Assembly: GCA_028534125.1 (NCBI GenBank)
Contig: CM052817.1
Location: 69,814,001-69,878,000 of the forward strand
Direction: 5' to 3'
DNA length: 64,000 nt
Origin: Lama glama
Taxonomy: Eukaryota
Numbering within the stretch: position 1 is the stretch's first letter; the number at the start of each line of letters is the position of its first letter. The position numbers and the translations under genes were made by a program. The notes beneath the pieces are model-generated. The model was not told where the DNA came from, ran no database searches, and saw nothing but the letters and a program-made list of their open reading frames with translations. Shown here one piece after another: positions 1 through 11,785 of this stretch.

Positions 1-2350
1 CTGAGGTGATATCTTACTGTGGTTTCAATTTGCATTTCTCAAATGATTAGTGATTTTGAGAATTGTTTCATGTGCCTGTTGAGCATATGCATATCTTCTT
101 CGGAAAAATGTCTGTTCAGGTCTTTTGCCTATTTTTTAATTGGGTTGTTTGTTTTTTTGATATTAAGTACAATGAGCTGCTTAGATATTTTGGATATTAA
201 CCCCCCAAAATATTTTAAAATATTTTCTCCCATTCAGTAAGTTGTCTTTAGGTTTTGTCAATTGTTTCCTTTGCTGTGCAAAAGCTTTAATGTTAAGTAG
301 GTCCCATTTGTTTACTTTTGCTTTTGTTTCATTTGCTTTAGGTAGGTGGCAGATCAAAAAAAATATTGCTACCATTTATGAAAAAGAATGTTCTGCCTAT
401 GTTTTCCTCTAGGCGTTTTGTGGTTCCTGGTCTTACAGTTAGGTCTTTAACCCATTTTGAGTTTATTTTTATATATGCTGTGAGAAAATATTCTAATTTC
501 ATTCTTTTACATGCAGCTGTCCAGTTTTCCCAGTGTCACTTATTGAAGAAATTCCTTCCTCCATTATATATTTTCCCACCTTTGTCTTAGATTAATTGAC
601 CGTAAGTGTGTGGATTTCTTTCTGTGCTCTCTATTCTGCTTTATTAGTTTATATGTCTATTTTTGTACCACTACCATACTGCTCTGATTAGTGTACTTTG
701 TAGTATGGTCTGAAGTCAGGAAGTGTAATTCCTCCAGCTGTTTTTCTTTCTCAAGATTGTTTTGGCTATTCGGGGTTTTTTGTGTTTCCATACAGATTTT
801 AAGATAATTTGTTCTAGACTTCTGAAAAATGCCATTGGCATTTTGATAGGGGTTGCATTGAATCTGTAGATTGCCTTCGGAGTATTGTCATTTTAACAAA
901 ATTAATTCTTCCAATCCAACGACACAGTATATCTTTCCATCTGTTTGTGTTATCTTCAGTTTCTTTCATCAGTCTCATAGTTTTCCTAGTACAGGTCTTT
1001 TACATCCTTAGGTAGGCTTATTCCTAGGCATTTCATTCTTTTTGAAGCGATGGTATATGGGATTGTTTCCTTAATTTTTCTTTCTGATAGTTTGCTGTTA
1101 ATGTTAGAAATGCAACAGATTTCTGTATATTAATTTTGTGTCCTGCAGCTTTACTGAATTCATTGATGAGCTCCAGTGGTTTTTTGATGGCTAGTAGTTT
1201 CTTGAGGATTTTCTATGTATAGTATCATGTCATCTGCAAACACTGACAATTTTACTTCTTCCTTTCCAATTTGGATTTCTTTTATGTATTTTTTCTTATC
1301 TGATTGCTGTGACTAGGACTTCCAATACTATGTTGATTAAAATGGCAAGAGTTGTCATTCTTGTCTTGTTCCTGATCTTAGAGGAAATGCTTTCAACATT
1401 TCACCATTGAGTATGATGTTGTCTATTGGCTTATCATATATGGCCTTTATTATGTTGAGGTATGTTCCCTTTATACCCACTTTGTGTAGAGTTTTTATCA
1501 TAAGTGGTTGTAGAATTTTGTCAAAAGCTTTTTCTACATCTATTAAGATGATTATATGATTTTTATTCTTCAGTTTGTTAATGTGGTGTATTGCACTGAT
1601 TGATTTGCAGATCTTGAAAAACGCTTGCATCCCTGGGATAAATCCCAGTTGATCCTAGTGTATGATCCTTTTAATGAATTGTTGGAGTAAGTTTGCTGGT
1701 ATTTTCTTGGGGATTTTTACATCTATATATGTTAGTGATATTGGCCTGTAATTTTCTATTTTTTTTTTGTATCTTTGTCTGCTATCAGGGTGATGCTGGT
1801 CTTATCAAATAAGTTTATATTTATTTATATTATATCATATCTATTTGGTTTAATGTGTCATGTAAGACCAATGTTTCCTTATTGATTTCCTGTCTGGATG
1901 ATCTATCTGTTGATGTAAGTGGGGTGTTAACTTCCCTTCCTATTATTGTGTTGCCGTCCATTTCTCCCTTTATTCCTGTTAATATTTGCTTTATGTATTC
2001 AGGTGCTCCTATGTTTACATATATATATTTACAATTATTGTGTTCTCCTCTTGGATTCATCCCTTGATCATTATGTAATGTCTTTGTCTCTTGTTATAGT
2101 CTTTGTTTAAAAGTCTATTTTGTCTGAAATAAGTATGGTTCCCCTGGCTTCCTTTTGATTTCCATTTGCATGGAATATCTTTTCCCATCCCCTCATTTTC
2201 TGTCTGTGTGCATCTTTAGATCTAAAGTGAGCCTCTTGTAGGCAGCATGTAAATGGGTCTTATGTTTTTTTTTTATCCATTCAGCCACCCTATGCCTTTT
2301 GACTAGAGCATTAAGTCTATTTACATTTAAAGTAATTATTGATAGATTGT
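1..2350 (-). pseudogene. Degenerate L1 ORF2 (endonuclease/reverse transcriptase), with frameshifts and stops
   Basis: Minus-strand reading from ~2344 gives LSIITLNVNRLNALVKRHRVAEWIKK (EN N-terminus); 1830-2060 gives EN motifs (GAPEYIKQIL...TPLTSTDRSSRQEINKE); RT motifs lie at 1355-1630. Confidence 0.9.
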
Positions 2351-2840
2351 ACTTAGTTAATCCAATTTAGCTAATTGTTTTCTGGTTGTTTTTGTACATC
2401 TTCTCTTTCCTATTCTCTTGCTCTCTTCATTTATGATTTGATGGCTTTCTTTAGTGTTATGTTTGAATTCCTTTCTCTTTACTTTTTATGTCTCTACGTT
2501 TGGTTTTGGTTCATGCTCACCATGAGGTTTATATATAGCAATCTATATATACATGATAATTTTAAGTTGCTGATCTCTTAATTTCAAATGCATTTTAGCA
2601 ACCCTGCGTTTTTACTCTCTTCCTAGCATGATTACTGTTATTGACATCATATTTTACATCCTTTTTTTTGTATCCCTGAACTACTTATTGCAGATATAAA
2701 CAATTTTACACTTTTGTCTTTTAATCTTCCTGCTAGCTTTGTACATGGTTGATTTACTACCTTGACCATATATTTGCCTTTACAATGAGCTTTTTATATT
2801 TGTAATTTTCATATTTCTAGTTGTGGCCTTTTCTTTTTCA

Positions 2841-3795
2841 CTTAGAGAAGTCCCTTTAATATTTCTTGTAAAGCTAGTTTGGTGGTGCTGAACTCTTAGC
2901 TTTTGCTTATCTATAAAACGTTTGATCTTTCCATCAAATCTAAATTAAAGTCTTACTCAGTGGATTATTCTTGGCTGTAGGTTTTTCCCTTTCATCACTT
3001 TAAATATATTGTTCTACTCTTTCTGGCCTGCAGCATTTCTGCTGTAAAGTCAGCTGATAGCCTGATAGGAGTTCCTGTGTATGTAACTTACTAATTTTCC
3101 CTTGCTGCTTTTAACAGTCTCTCTTTATCTTTAATTTTTGCCATCTTAATTACAAATTATCTTTGTATGTTCCTCCTTGGATTGATCCTGTTTTGGACTC
3201 TGTGCTTCCTAAATCTGGATTTCTGTTTCCTATCTCAGGTTAGGGAAGTTTTCAGCCATAATGTCTTCAAATATGTTCTCAGCGTCTTTCTCTCTCTCCT
3301 CTTTCTAGGACCCCTATAATACAAGTGTCAGTATGCTTGATGTTGTCCCAGAAGTCTCTTAAACTGTCCTCATTTCCTTTTATTCTTTTTCCTTTTATCT
3401 GTTCAGTAACAGTGATTTCCACAACTCTGTTTTCCAGCACACTAATCCATTCCTCTGTATCATTTAGTCAACTGCTGATTCCATCTAGTATATTTTTCAT
3501 TTCAGTTATTGCTTTCTTCATCTCCAGTTCTTCTTCTTTAACTTCCTGTTGATTCCTTCCAGTGCATTTTTCTTTTCAGTTATTGTATTCTCCATCTCTG
3601 GTTCTTCTTTTCATTTTCTAACTCTTTGTTAAAAGCTTCTAACTTTTCACTCTGTTCACCCATTTTTCTCCTGAGTTCTTTGATCATCTTTACAATCATT
3701 ACCATGAACTCTTTATCAGGTAGTTTGCCTATCTCCATTTCACTTAGTTCTTCTTCTGGGGCTTTATCTTGAAACATTGTCCTCTGTCACCTCAT
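2841..3795 (-). pseudogene. Degenerate L1 ORF1 (RNA-binding/chaperone protein)
   Basis: ATG at 3795 is followed by AGG TGA (likely CGA>TGA decay), then MFQ...PEEELSEMEIGKLPDKEFMVMIVKMIKELRRKM; a C-terminus ...TTKLALQEILKGLL* ends near 2841. Confidence 0.85.
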
Positions 3796-3959
3796 TTGTC
3801 CAAGTTACTGTTTTATTTCTATGTATCTGGTAGGTTGGTTACATTTCCAGACATTGGAGTAGTGGCTGTTTGTAGGAGATATTCTATGCATCTTCATAGT
3901 GCACTCCCCTCTGGTTACCAGAGCTACATGCTCTAGGGGTATTCCCTAAGTTACACTGC

Positions 3960-4670
3960 ATAGTTCTTCTGTTGTGATGGGCTGATTACTATGAGTGGTT
4001 TCATAGGCGTGGCTGGCTCCTCAGTCTGGTTGGTTGCTGGCTTTGACTTGTGTGGAGGCTGATAGCCACTAGTTGACAGAGCCAGGTCATGAGGCAGCTG
4101 GCTGCAGAAACCTGGGCTGTCCCAGGACTAGTGCTGCACACAGTGAGCAGAGCCAGGTTCCGTGGTAGGTGGTTGTGGGGCTGGCCTTCCCAGAAATAGC
4201 ATTGGCCTGCTGGTGGATGAGACCAGTTCTTGACACAACTTACTGCAGGTTCTGGGGTTTCCAAAGCTGGTGCTGGCCTGTGGTGAATGGGGTTGGAGCC
4301 CAGGGTGGTTGGTTGAGGAGTCCAAGTATCTCTGAGCTGGTGTTAGCCTGCTGGTGGGTGGGCCCAGGACTCAGGAGGGTCCCAGGACTAGTGCTGGCTC
4401 ACTGGTGTGTGGAGCCAGGTCCTGGTATCTCTAGCTGCAGAGCCCTGAGGGGACCAAAGCTGGTGTCAGCCTGCTGGTGGGTGGGGCTAGATTCTGGGGC
4501 TACTGGTATCCCAAGGTGTCCCGGAGCTGGTGGGCATGGCCAGTACCTGGGGATTCCCAGAGCTGGTGTGTTGGCTAGGTCCTGACAAGGTAGGCTACAG
4601 TGTCTGTTCACTTCTGGGTGGAGGTAAGGGTCTAAGAGATCCCAGGGCTAGTGTGTCGCCCACCTGGGTG
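3960..4670 (-). repeat. Degenerate tandem array (~55-70 bp units) in the L1 5'UTR
   Basis: Recurrent core GCTGGTG(T/C)(T/C)(A/G)GCCTGCTGGTGGGTGGG at ~4204, 4267, 4336, 4388, 4459, plus repeated CCCAGGACTAGTGCTG at ~4121 and 4381. Confidence 0.75.
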
Positions 4671-4889
4671 TATGGGTCTTGACTATATTGTGACTCCACC
4701 CCTCCTACCCATCTCTTTGTGGTTTCTTCTTTGTATCTTTAGTTACAGAAGATCTTTTCTGGTAGAATCTGGTCTTTCTCATCAATAGTTGCTCTCTAAA
4801 TATCTGTAATTTTGGTGTGCCTATGAGAGGAGGTAAGCTCAGAGTCTTCCTACTCTACCATCTTGGCCAAGCTCTCCTAAGGCTCTCTT

Positions 4890-5400
4890 ACCTATATGTT
4901 GACTATTCTCAAATGTATATATCCAGTTCCTTGGCTCTTTTCTGAGTTCCTGGCTACTATTGTCAGCTGCCCACTTGACATCTCCAATTATACATCTCAT
5001 ATCTCAAAGTCAGTATGTTTAAATAAAATTCATGATCATCTTTCATAAACATGTTCTTATCTTGGCATTCCCTGTCTTGGTAAAGGGCAGTACCATTCAC
5101 CTAAGTGCTCAAGTAAACTAAAAAAGCAAGAGTCATCTTTGGCCCCATCCCCATATCCAATTGATCTGCAGGTTCTGTCCATTATACTTCAAATCTGCTC
5201 TAATTCCTACTTTCCCATCACAACTCTCCTAATGCAGATCACTGCCATTTCATACCTGGACTGCTGCAGAGCTGCTTATTACTCTCCCTGTACCCTCTCC
5301 ATTTTCCTCTATCCAGAAATAACATGGACAGTAATGTTAGCAAAATGTGGCAAATAGTACATTTCATTTACTTTTCTGAATACCCAAAACACTTTCATCT
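4890..5400 (+). mobile_element. L2 (LINE-2) fragment
   Basis: ctgcccacttgacatctcca...tctcaaagtcagtatgtttaaa...ggcagtaccattcacctaagtgctcaag resembles the L2 consensus. Confidence 0.7.
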
Positions 5401-5894
5401 AATATAGAATATTTGTACATATAGTACAGTAGTACTAACTAAAAAAAGATAGCCCAATGATCTTCATTAACAGAGAATGTGAAAATATTAAACTAAATTA
5501 CTCCCCAATCAAGAATTAGGCTCCTAGATTTCAGAGAGACTAAGTTCAATGCACGCACATACATGCACAAGCACATTTTGGGGGGACACACCATGCAGCC
5601 TCTAAAATGATAATTTTGAGGAAAGAGCATCTGATATTATGATAAATTTTTAAAAATCGGAATAAGAATCATTTGTCTGACGTTGTTGAAATGATCTTAA
5701 ATCTAAGGGAAGGAGACCAGACAGCAAAATGTTAAACAGTGGTTATATTTTTTTCTTCATTTTCCAATTGCTCTATATATAGTAGTATTACTTTATATTT
5801 TTTGATAAAGTGTAAAACATGTTTTAAAAACCAAAGTAAGAGTGTTGTTACATCAAAAGAGTTGTATCAGTGTAGATGCAATTTAAGGAATTGT

Positions 5895-6135
5895 GGCCCA
5901 AAGCATGAACTTTGGGGCCAGAAGACCCTGGTTTTATGCCCCTATGATGTCACTTATTTGAATGTGATCTCTGGAAGATGACAATCTGTCTTGCCTTTGG
6001 TTACCTCATATGTAGAGGAGGAGGGCATTAGGAGTCTACCTCAGACTGTTGCTGAAAGGATTAAATGAAATAATAGAGGTATGAAACAATTTGCATAGTC
6101 CCTGGCATACAGTATGTACATGGTAAGTGGTAGAT
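5895..6135 (+). mobile_element. MIR SINE
   Basis: MIR core/3' motifs: tacctcagactgttgctgaaaggattaaatgaaataat...cctggcatacagta. Confidence 0.75.
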
Positions 6136-6385
6136 GTTTGCACTTTGGATGGGCCTGGCACAGGGTGAGTATCTGAAACCCCAAATCCAGAGGGTAAGCA
6201 GCCTTAAACTCTAGCTGTTCTGGGTGTTACTATCTCTCCAGCTAGACAGTAAATTTTGTTATGCCATGGATTCATCTTAGTTCTAATATTGCCTGTGTTG
6301 TTGTTTTTAATTTCAAAAGTAATACAGGCTCATTGAAAAATAGTCCAGAAATACCAGTTTCCTCCTCACATTCTTCCCTTCTATA

Positions 6386-6684
6386 CAGTTGCCTGGAATT
6401 GGTTCCAGGATTCTGGGAGATAGGGAAATCCATGGATGTTCAAATCCCTTACATAAAATGGAGAAGTATTTGTATATACCCTATGCCCACCCTCCCATAG
6501 ACTTTAAATCATCTCTAGATTACTTATGATATTTAATGCACTGTAATTGCTATGTAAATAATTGCTGGTGCTGTGAATTCAGTATTTGCTTTTTGGAACT
6601 TTCTGTAATATTTTTCTTAATACTTTCTACCTGCAGTTAGTTGAATCCAGGGGTGCAGAATCTGCAGATACAGAGAGTTGACTA
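6386..6684 (+). mobile_element. MER2-like TcMar-Tigger MITE fossil
   Basis: attggttccagga...aaatccatggatgttcaaatcccttacataaaatgg...tttaaatcatctctagattacttat...gcagatacagagagttgac; flanked by TA on both sides (6384-85, 6685-86). Confidence 0.8.
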
Positions 6685-8949
6685 TATCTCATTGCAAGAA
6701 TTTGGTTCTGGATTTTGGGGGAGGAGGTGTGTTTGAATCATAAAAATGGCATGTGTCTATGTGTGTGTGACTGTATTTCCCATCTTACATTTTTCACTTC
6801 ATAAGGACAGTTTTCTAAGTTCAAGTCTATGGAACTAATTTTTTTTATTGCCTATATAATATCTCATAACATGGAGTTACTTCACTATTAATTTCTTTTA
6901 TTTCACTCACTGAATAATTACATGCCAGGCACTGGATCCTGGGAAAATTATAAATAGCACTACAATAGACATCCTTATGCAATTTTTTTTAAAGCAAAAT
7001 TCCCCATTGCTGAAATAGGAGACATATGTTTAGAAGATGCACATGATGATTCTGAGATAAACAATGTGGGCACAAAGTGGTAACTCAAAAAATATTTGTT
7101 GGTTCAGTCAATGACTGAGGTACTTCCAGAGTACGAGTTATTATAGAGCAGATAAGTACTACAGATATATGTTTTCCTAACTTAATCAGTATGATTTATA
7201 ATACCAAAGAAATATCTGTAAAACTCGATTTACAGTATGTACTGAGTTAGGAAAAAAAAAATGACAGGAACACACATGTCAGCCCTTTCCCTCCCTTAGA
7301 CCATTCAGCATTATTATTTTTGGTAGGTGACTAATCAGGGACTTAGTAAACTTTGATATGTTGTAAGAACAAAAAGATTCAGTTAAAAAAAAAGAGAAGA
7401 AGAAATCATCTCTCTCTGTGAAATGGACAAGTCAATAGATGTTTTTCAAACATGGAAATTAAGACGAATGATTTGCTTCTCATATTGGCAGTGACTAGAG
7501 TGGGAAAACTTCTTGGTTTTTTTTTACTGGAGAATATTTAAGCGGTTTAATAAAAAATCATCTAATCATTTCACAGTATTTAAACTGAGACATGATAGTA
7601 ACTGCAAATTCAAACATTAAACAGCCTCCTATACAGCCGGTGATCTTCCTCCAACGGAGCTGCAGGATTTACATCAGGAACAAGGGAAACAGGATGGCAG
7701 GCCTTCTTTTGAGCTTTTTGACTTCATCCATGTCCATGGGCCCCAAAGACCACAATATCAGTTTTTAAGATCGGTAGAAAAATCTTATTTAAACATACCT
7801 CCATAATATCTCAACATCTGGGTCATAAAGTAGGGAGTAGGTGTGATATTTACTCAAACTTGCCTGTGGATACACAGTTGAATCTCGTACTTACGTGTCA
7901 CCAATGGACAGGACCCCCTAGCCTCTGATTAGATCTGTTGTTGTCTGTAAAAACTGTTGGTTTGAATTTCCATTTACTTTGACTGCATCCTAGCAAACCA
8001 ATCCATTTGCTATTGCCTTCTGGGCAAAATGCCTGGGCTTTGTAAAATTGAAAACGAACTCCTATTGCAAACGTAAAACAAACCCAAGGAAAATAAATTT
8101 CGATTGTTGTGTTCTCTTTTGGGTTCTTACCTTTCTGTAGCTTGAAACTGAATGCTGTTAAACCTTTGGTTACTTTCAGGACCATTTTCATTTGGGGGAA
8201 AACTTCTGTAGTGACAACATCTTACAGTTTCCGGACTGTCCTGTTTTTATCCTTACCGACATGTTTAATTACCATAAACAGAGGATTGTTTACCTCCATG
8301 ATTTCTGCGCTGGGCACCCAGAGATGACTCTGGATTATTTTTGTTGCTTATATGGATAAGCCAGTGCAAATTCTAGACATAATTACCCCGTCTTAAAGTA
8401 GAAATTAACATAAAATATATTTGTCAATTAATTTCAATAAAGATGTGGCCAAATTCCCTCCAATTCATTCTAGTTAGAATCTGAGGGTGCCATCATTTAC
8501 TTTGAACACTGCCCAGCAGGTGTATGAATAGCAACACCAAGAAATATAGAGCCTTGACCATTTTAAAGAGGGCAACACCCTTTCTAAAAAAACATAAGTG
8601 CTGAGCTCATCAAAGAAACCACACACGGCAGCCTTGTGTTCCAAAAGCTGCAGAAAAGCACAGTGTTCCGTTGAGCAATGAACTACTCTTTCACTGTTTA
8701 TTTTGGTGACTGTTTTTTATCCTTAATGAGAAGCAAATCAATTAACAGGACAAATGACATGGTGGTTAGTCACCGAAGGGAAAGTATTATTAGCCTCATT
8801 AAGTTGGAGCACCCTTCCAGCTCACGCCTAGAGTTACCATCGTGCGGATTCATGACTAACCCGGCCAGGCAACCCTGTGAGGTTTGGGAACTCACCTCTT
8901 TGACCTAGGCCGGGGCAATAACCTGTGAATAACTGTCCCAAGCCCACTC

Positions 8950-9830
8950 ACACCTACGTCAGGAAGCAGTTCCCGAATAAGGCGAGGTGCGGGGGTGGGG
9001 GATCCCTTCCGGGCCCCACCCTTGAAAGTTGCAGGGAGTGGCACCCAAAGAACTTTCCCAGATTGATCTCTGTCACCACTCGGGAGGTCCGCTCCAGCCT
9101 TTCCGCCCTGAGCCAATCGGCCCTGCCTGCCAAGCCCCTCCTTCCCTGCACCTTTAACGGCTGCGAGAGGGAAGCGTTGGCTGGGGTTTTCTTCTTAAGA
9201 AGTCGCACCGGTTTTTCGAGCTCCGCTCTGCGCCTGGAGAGCCACAGCAGCGGGAGCGGCCGCCGCCGCCACCGGGCCGGCGGGTGAGTCACTGTTTGGA
9301 AATGGAGTGGGCGGGCAAGGGTGTGAGAGAATGAATGATGTCAGGAGCGCGCAGGGCGGCGGGCGGGGAGAGCGGGCCGCGGGGCCGCGGTAAACACCGA
9401 GCGCCGCGCCGCGGGCTGAGCGGGGCGGGGAGACCCCGCCCTCGGCGCGCTCGGAGCCGTCCTCGGCCGCCCGAGCCCGGCCGGTGCTGCAGCCTCGGGG
9501 GCAGCAGCCGCGGGAGCGATCGGGGGAGCTGCTTCCCTGGCGGGGCCGAGGCGCGAGAAGACGAGACCCCCAGCAAACTTTCCAGCGGCTTCGGCCGTGG
9601 TGGCTGCGGCAGCGGGCTCCGTCCCCTGGCAGATCCCGGGCCCGGGAGCTAGTGCCTTCAGCTGGGAAGGTCTGGAGCCCCAGCTGAGAGCTGGTAAGGA
9701 GTGCCCGAGGGGCTGGGGAGGAGGATGGGCTGGAAAGCGGCGCTGCGGGCGCAGCGCGGGGAGGGGAAGGTGGACCGCGTACGCAGACGTGGCTCCAATT
9801 CGGCCCCCAAGCGCCCGGCCTCGGGGCATC
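8950..9830. promoter_or_regulatory. CpG-island promoter
   Basis: The only strongly CpG-rich, GC-rich stretch in an otherwise CpG-depleted window. Contains GC box CCGCCC 9103-9108, CCAAT box 9113-9117, CRE-like TACGTCA 8955-8961 next to GGAAG, and further GGGGCGGGG boxes. Confidence 0.92.
9160..9283 (+). other. PPFIBP1: Non-coding first exon (5'UTR) of a + strand gene with a long first intron; start approximate; tentatively PPFIBP1
   Basis: Downstream of CCAAT/GC boxes and ends at consensus donor CGG|GTGAGT (9283/9284); no ATG within it. The gene name rests only on recalled architecture (CpG non-coding exon 1, intron of roughly 50 kb, short non-coding exon 2); exon confidence is higher than name confidence. 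Confidence 0.55.
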
Positions 9831-10399
9831 CTTCCTTGGTTTTGCCTGATTGAGGATGGATTTGTGGTTTCGTGTCCTTGCTCCGAGCAGTCATCTCATT
9901 CATTTGCAACCATTTCGGGTAACTCGGTCCTGGCGTTGAAAGGACACAGATGGAACCGTAGATTGTCCAGAGCCAGTCTGGAGGAGGTCAGGGCTGAAGT
10001 TCAGGAGGTGGAGGAGGGACTGTCTTTTAGCTTTTTTGAGAGGCACTTACTGATGATGTGTGAACAGTAATAGCCCAGTTCTGGGCTGCCTACACTGAAA
10101 CCTTTCAGCGTTTGGCATGCCAGAGCTACTCCACTTAAGGAGAGGGAGGCTTGGTTTTTCAGCGCAAATAGGTAGCAGTGGACCTGTCTACCTTTCTGAG
10201 ATTTGGATAATCGTTAATAGCCCGCGACTACATCTTGAAACAACTCAAATGTTTTGTTTGTCTCCTGTAATTTTTTTTAATACCAGCCTTTGCCATTCTT
10301 CTGTTTCATCTTGCTTACTCTAATATGAACTTAAAATCGTTTCGACACGCATGTTAAATTTTTGAAGAGGTTCAATTGTTTAGTGTCTCTAGGTGGGCG

Positions 10400-10600
10400 T
10401 GGATTTTGAATTTAAACTTAACTTTTCAAACTCTTGATTTCATTCCTAGTTTCATCTATGAACGGTGGGTTCTCAGTCACTCTAAACACTGTGAACCAGT
10501 AAAATGGGACTATAACTACTTCAGCGGATAATAATGAGGATTAAAGTGCAAAAGACCTATCATAATGTCTGGCACAAAGCAGACCTAAACAAATTGTAAC
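10400..10600 (+). mobile_element. MIR SINE (degenerate)
   Basis: gtaaaatgggactataactacttca...tgaggattaaa...tctggcacaaagcag. Confidence 0.65.
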
Positions 10601-11664
10601 TGTATACATACACAAATTGTAAATTGTAATATATATACATATGTATTATATATACATATATGTAAACACTGTGTTCCAGCTGACTTAGGTAATCACCAAT
10701 TAATTTACACAAAATTTCTTACTTATAAACCTGGTGGGCTGAGGTTTAGTATATGAAATCCTTTTGACAAGTTCCTCAGAGTGAGAAGTGATGTCTTGGA
10801 AGTTAAACACTTCTGTATGGATACCTGCACGATTATTGTTGCCCACACCATATACCGGAAACTGCCATTCACTGCTTGAACAGAGAGCAGTGGCTAAAAG
10901 TGACAAACCTGGAATTTGGAGGAAGATTGGATGTGTGAACTCTCTAACTTTACCCTTAACTTTTTTTTTTTCCTTTTTAAAAAATAAGCAGTACAAAATT
11001 ATAGCTCTTTCCTTGGTTTGCTTCTGGTCTTATTTCACAACAGTCTTCTGGTTGAAGTGTTTTTTTGAGTTAATATTTAATTTGGTTTCTGTACTTTCAT
11101 TTTTAAGTAAGGCTGGTTGACTTAGGAACCTGGAGGGATGCTGCTTCCTGTCCTCAATTTCTGTTTTCTCAGAATCTTATACAAGCTCCTAGGGAATATT
11201 TGGAAGGATAGGGAGCATTTGCTCAGGGTTATTGAAAACATTTCTTCTTATAGCTGCAACAACTTTTAGGGTCAAAGGTCACAAGGAATGTATGTTTTTC
11301 CCAAAGTGTGATGCAGAGAGATCTTGGCTATCAGAATCCAGAAGACCTGAGGCTATCTGGGTGGTAACTTACTAGCTGTGTTACTTTGAGCAATTTAAAC
11401 TCTCTGGAATTCTTGTGGGACTTTAAATATACACAGGGAAAAAACAGAAATAATCTTATATCTATTAAAATAGACAACTTAATACAAATGAGAACTTTTC
11501 CTTTTTAAAGAAGTGGTACTTTGAAGTGAGATGTTGTTTGTTTTCTTTTTTTAAGGAGTAATTACCAAGAATTCTAGACAGTTTCAGACTAGAGTAGCCT
11601 ATTTACCTTTATCTAATTCTCTTATGGGGGACTTGAAGCCTCTATCCTGAACTACTATTATCAG

Positions 11665-11785
11665 ATATTTATTCAATTCAGTTGTTTAGTGAGCAGCTAC
11701 TGTATTCCAGTCACTAAGCTAGGTATTAGCAATACTAAGAGGAAGGAGGCACCGTATCTGCACTTGAGGCTTACAGTCCAGTAAA
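11665..11785 (-). mobile_element. L2 3' end
   Basis: tttattcaattcagttgtttagtgagcagctactgtattccagtcact...gcttacagtccagt. Confidence 0.6.

Larger units (their letters stand above)
1..4877 (-). mobile_element. LINE-1, 5'-intact but inactivated (5'UTR, ORF1, ORF2 with internal deletion); continues past the left window edge
   Basis: Minus-strand ORF fragments are L1 ORF2-like (1355-1630 [25 protein letters not shown]...FPLRSGTRQ; 181-375 KAKVNKWDLLNIKAF) and ORF1-like (3580-3777). The 5' end reads GGCCAAGATGGTAGAGTAGGAAGAC on minus, the typical YY1-bearing L1 start. Confidence 0.95.

Noticed and set aside
4169..4611. 138-aa and neighbouring ORFs with repeated LACWW motifs
   Set aside because: Translation of the L1 5'UTR tandem array; no evidence of coding function.
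3960..4670. Regularly spaced repeats superficially like a CRISPR array
   Set aside because: Eukaryotic context; degenerate units with related spacers inside an L1 5'UTR; no cas genes.
9265..9276. Perfect Kozak context GCCGCCACC in exon 1
   Set aside because: Followed by GGG, not ATG or a near-cognate codon; explained by the (GCC)n tract.
8892..10070. Overlapping Arg/Gly/Pro/Ala-rich ORFs on both strands (up to 162 aa)
   Set aside because: Expected stop-codon depletion in a GC-rich CpG island; low-complexity translations with no recognisable domain.
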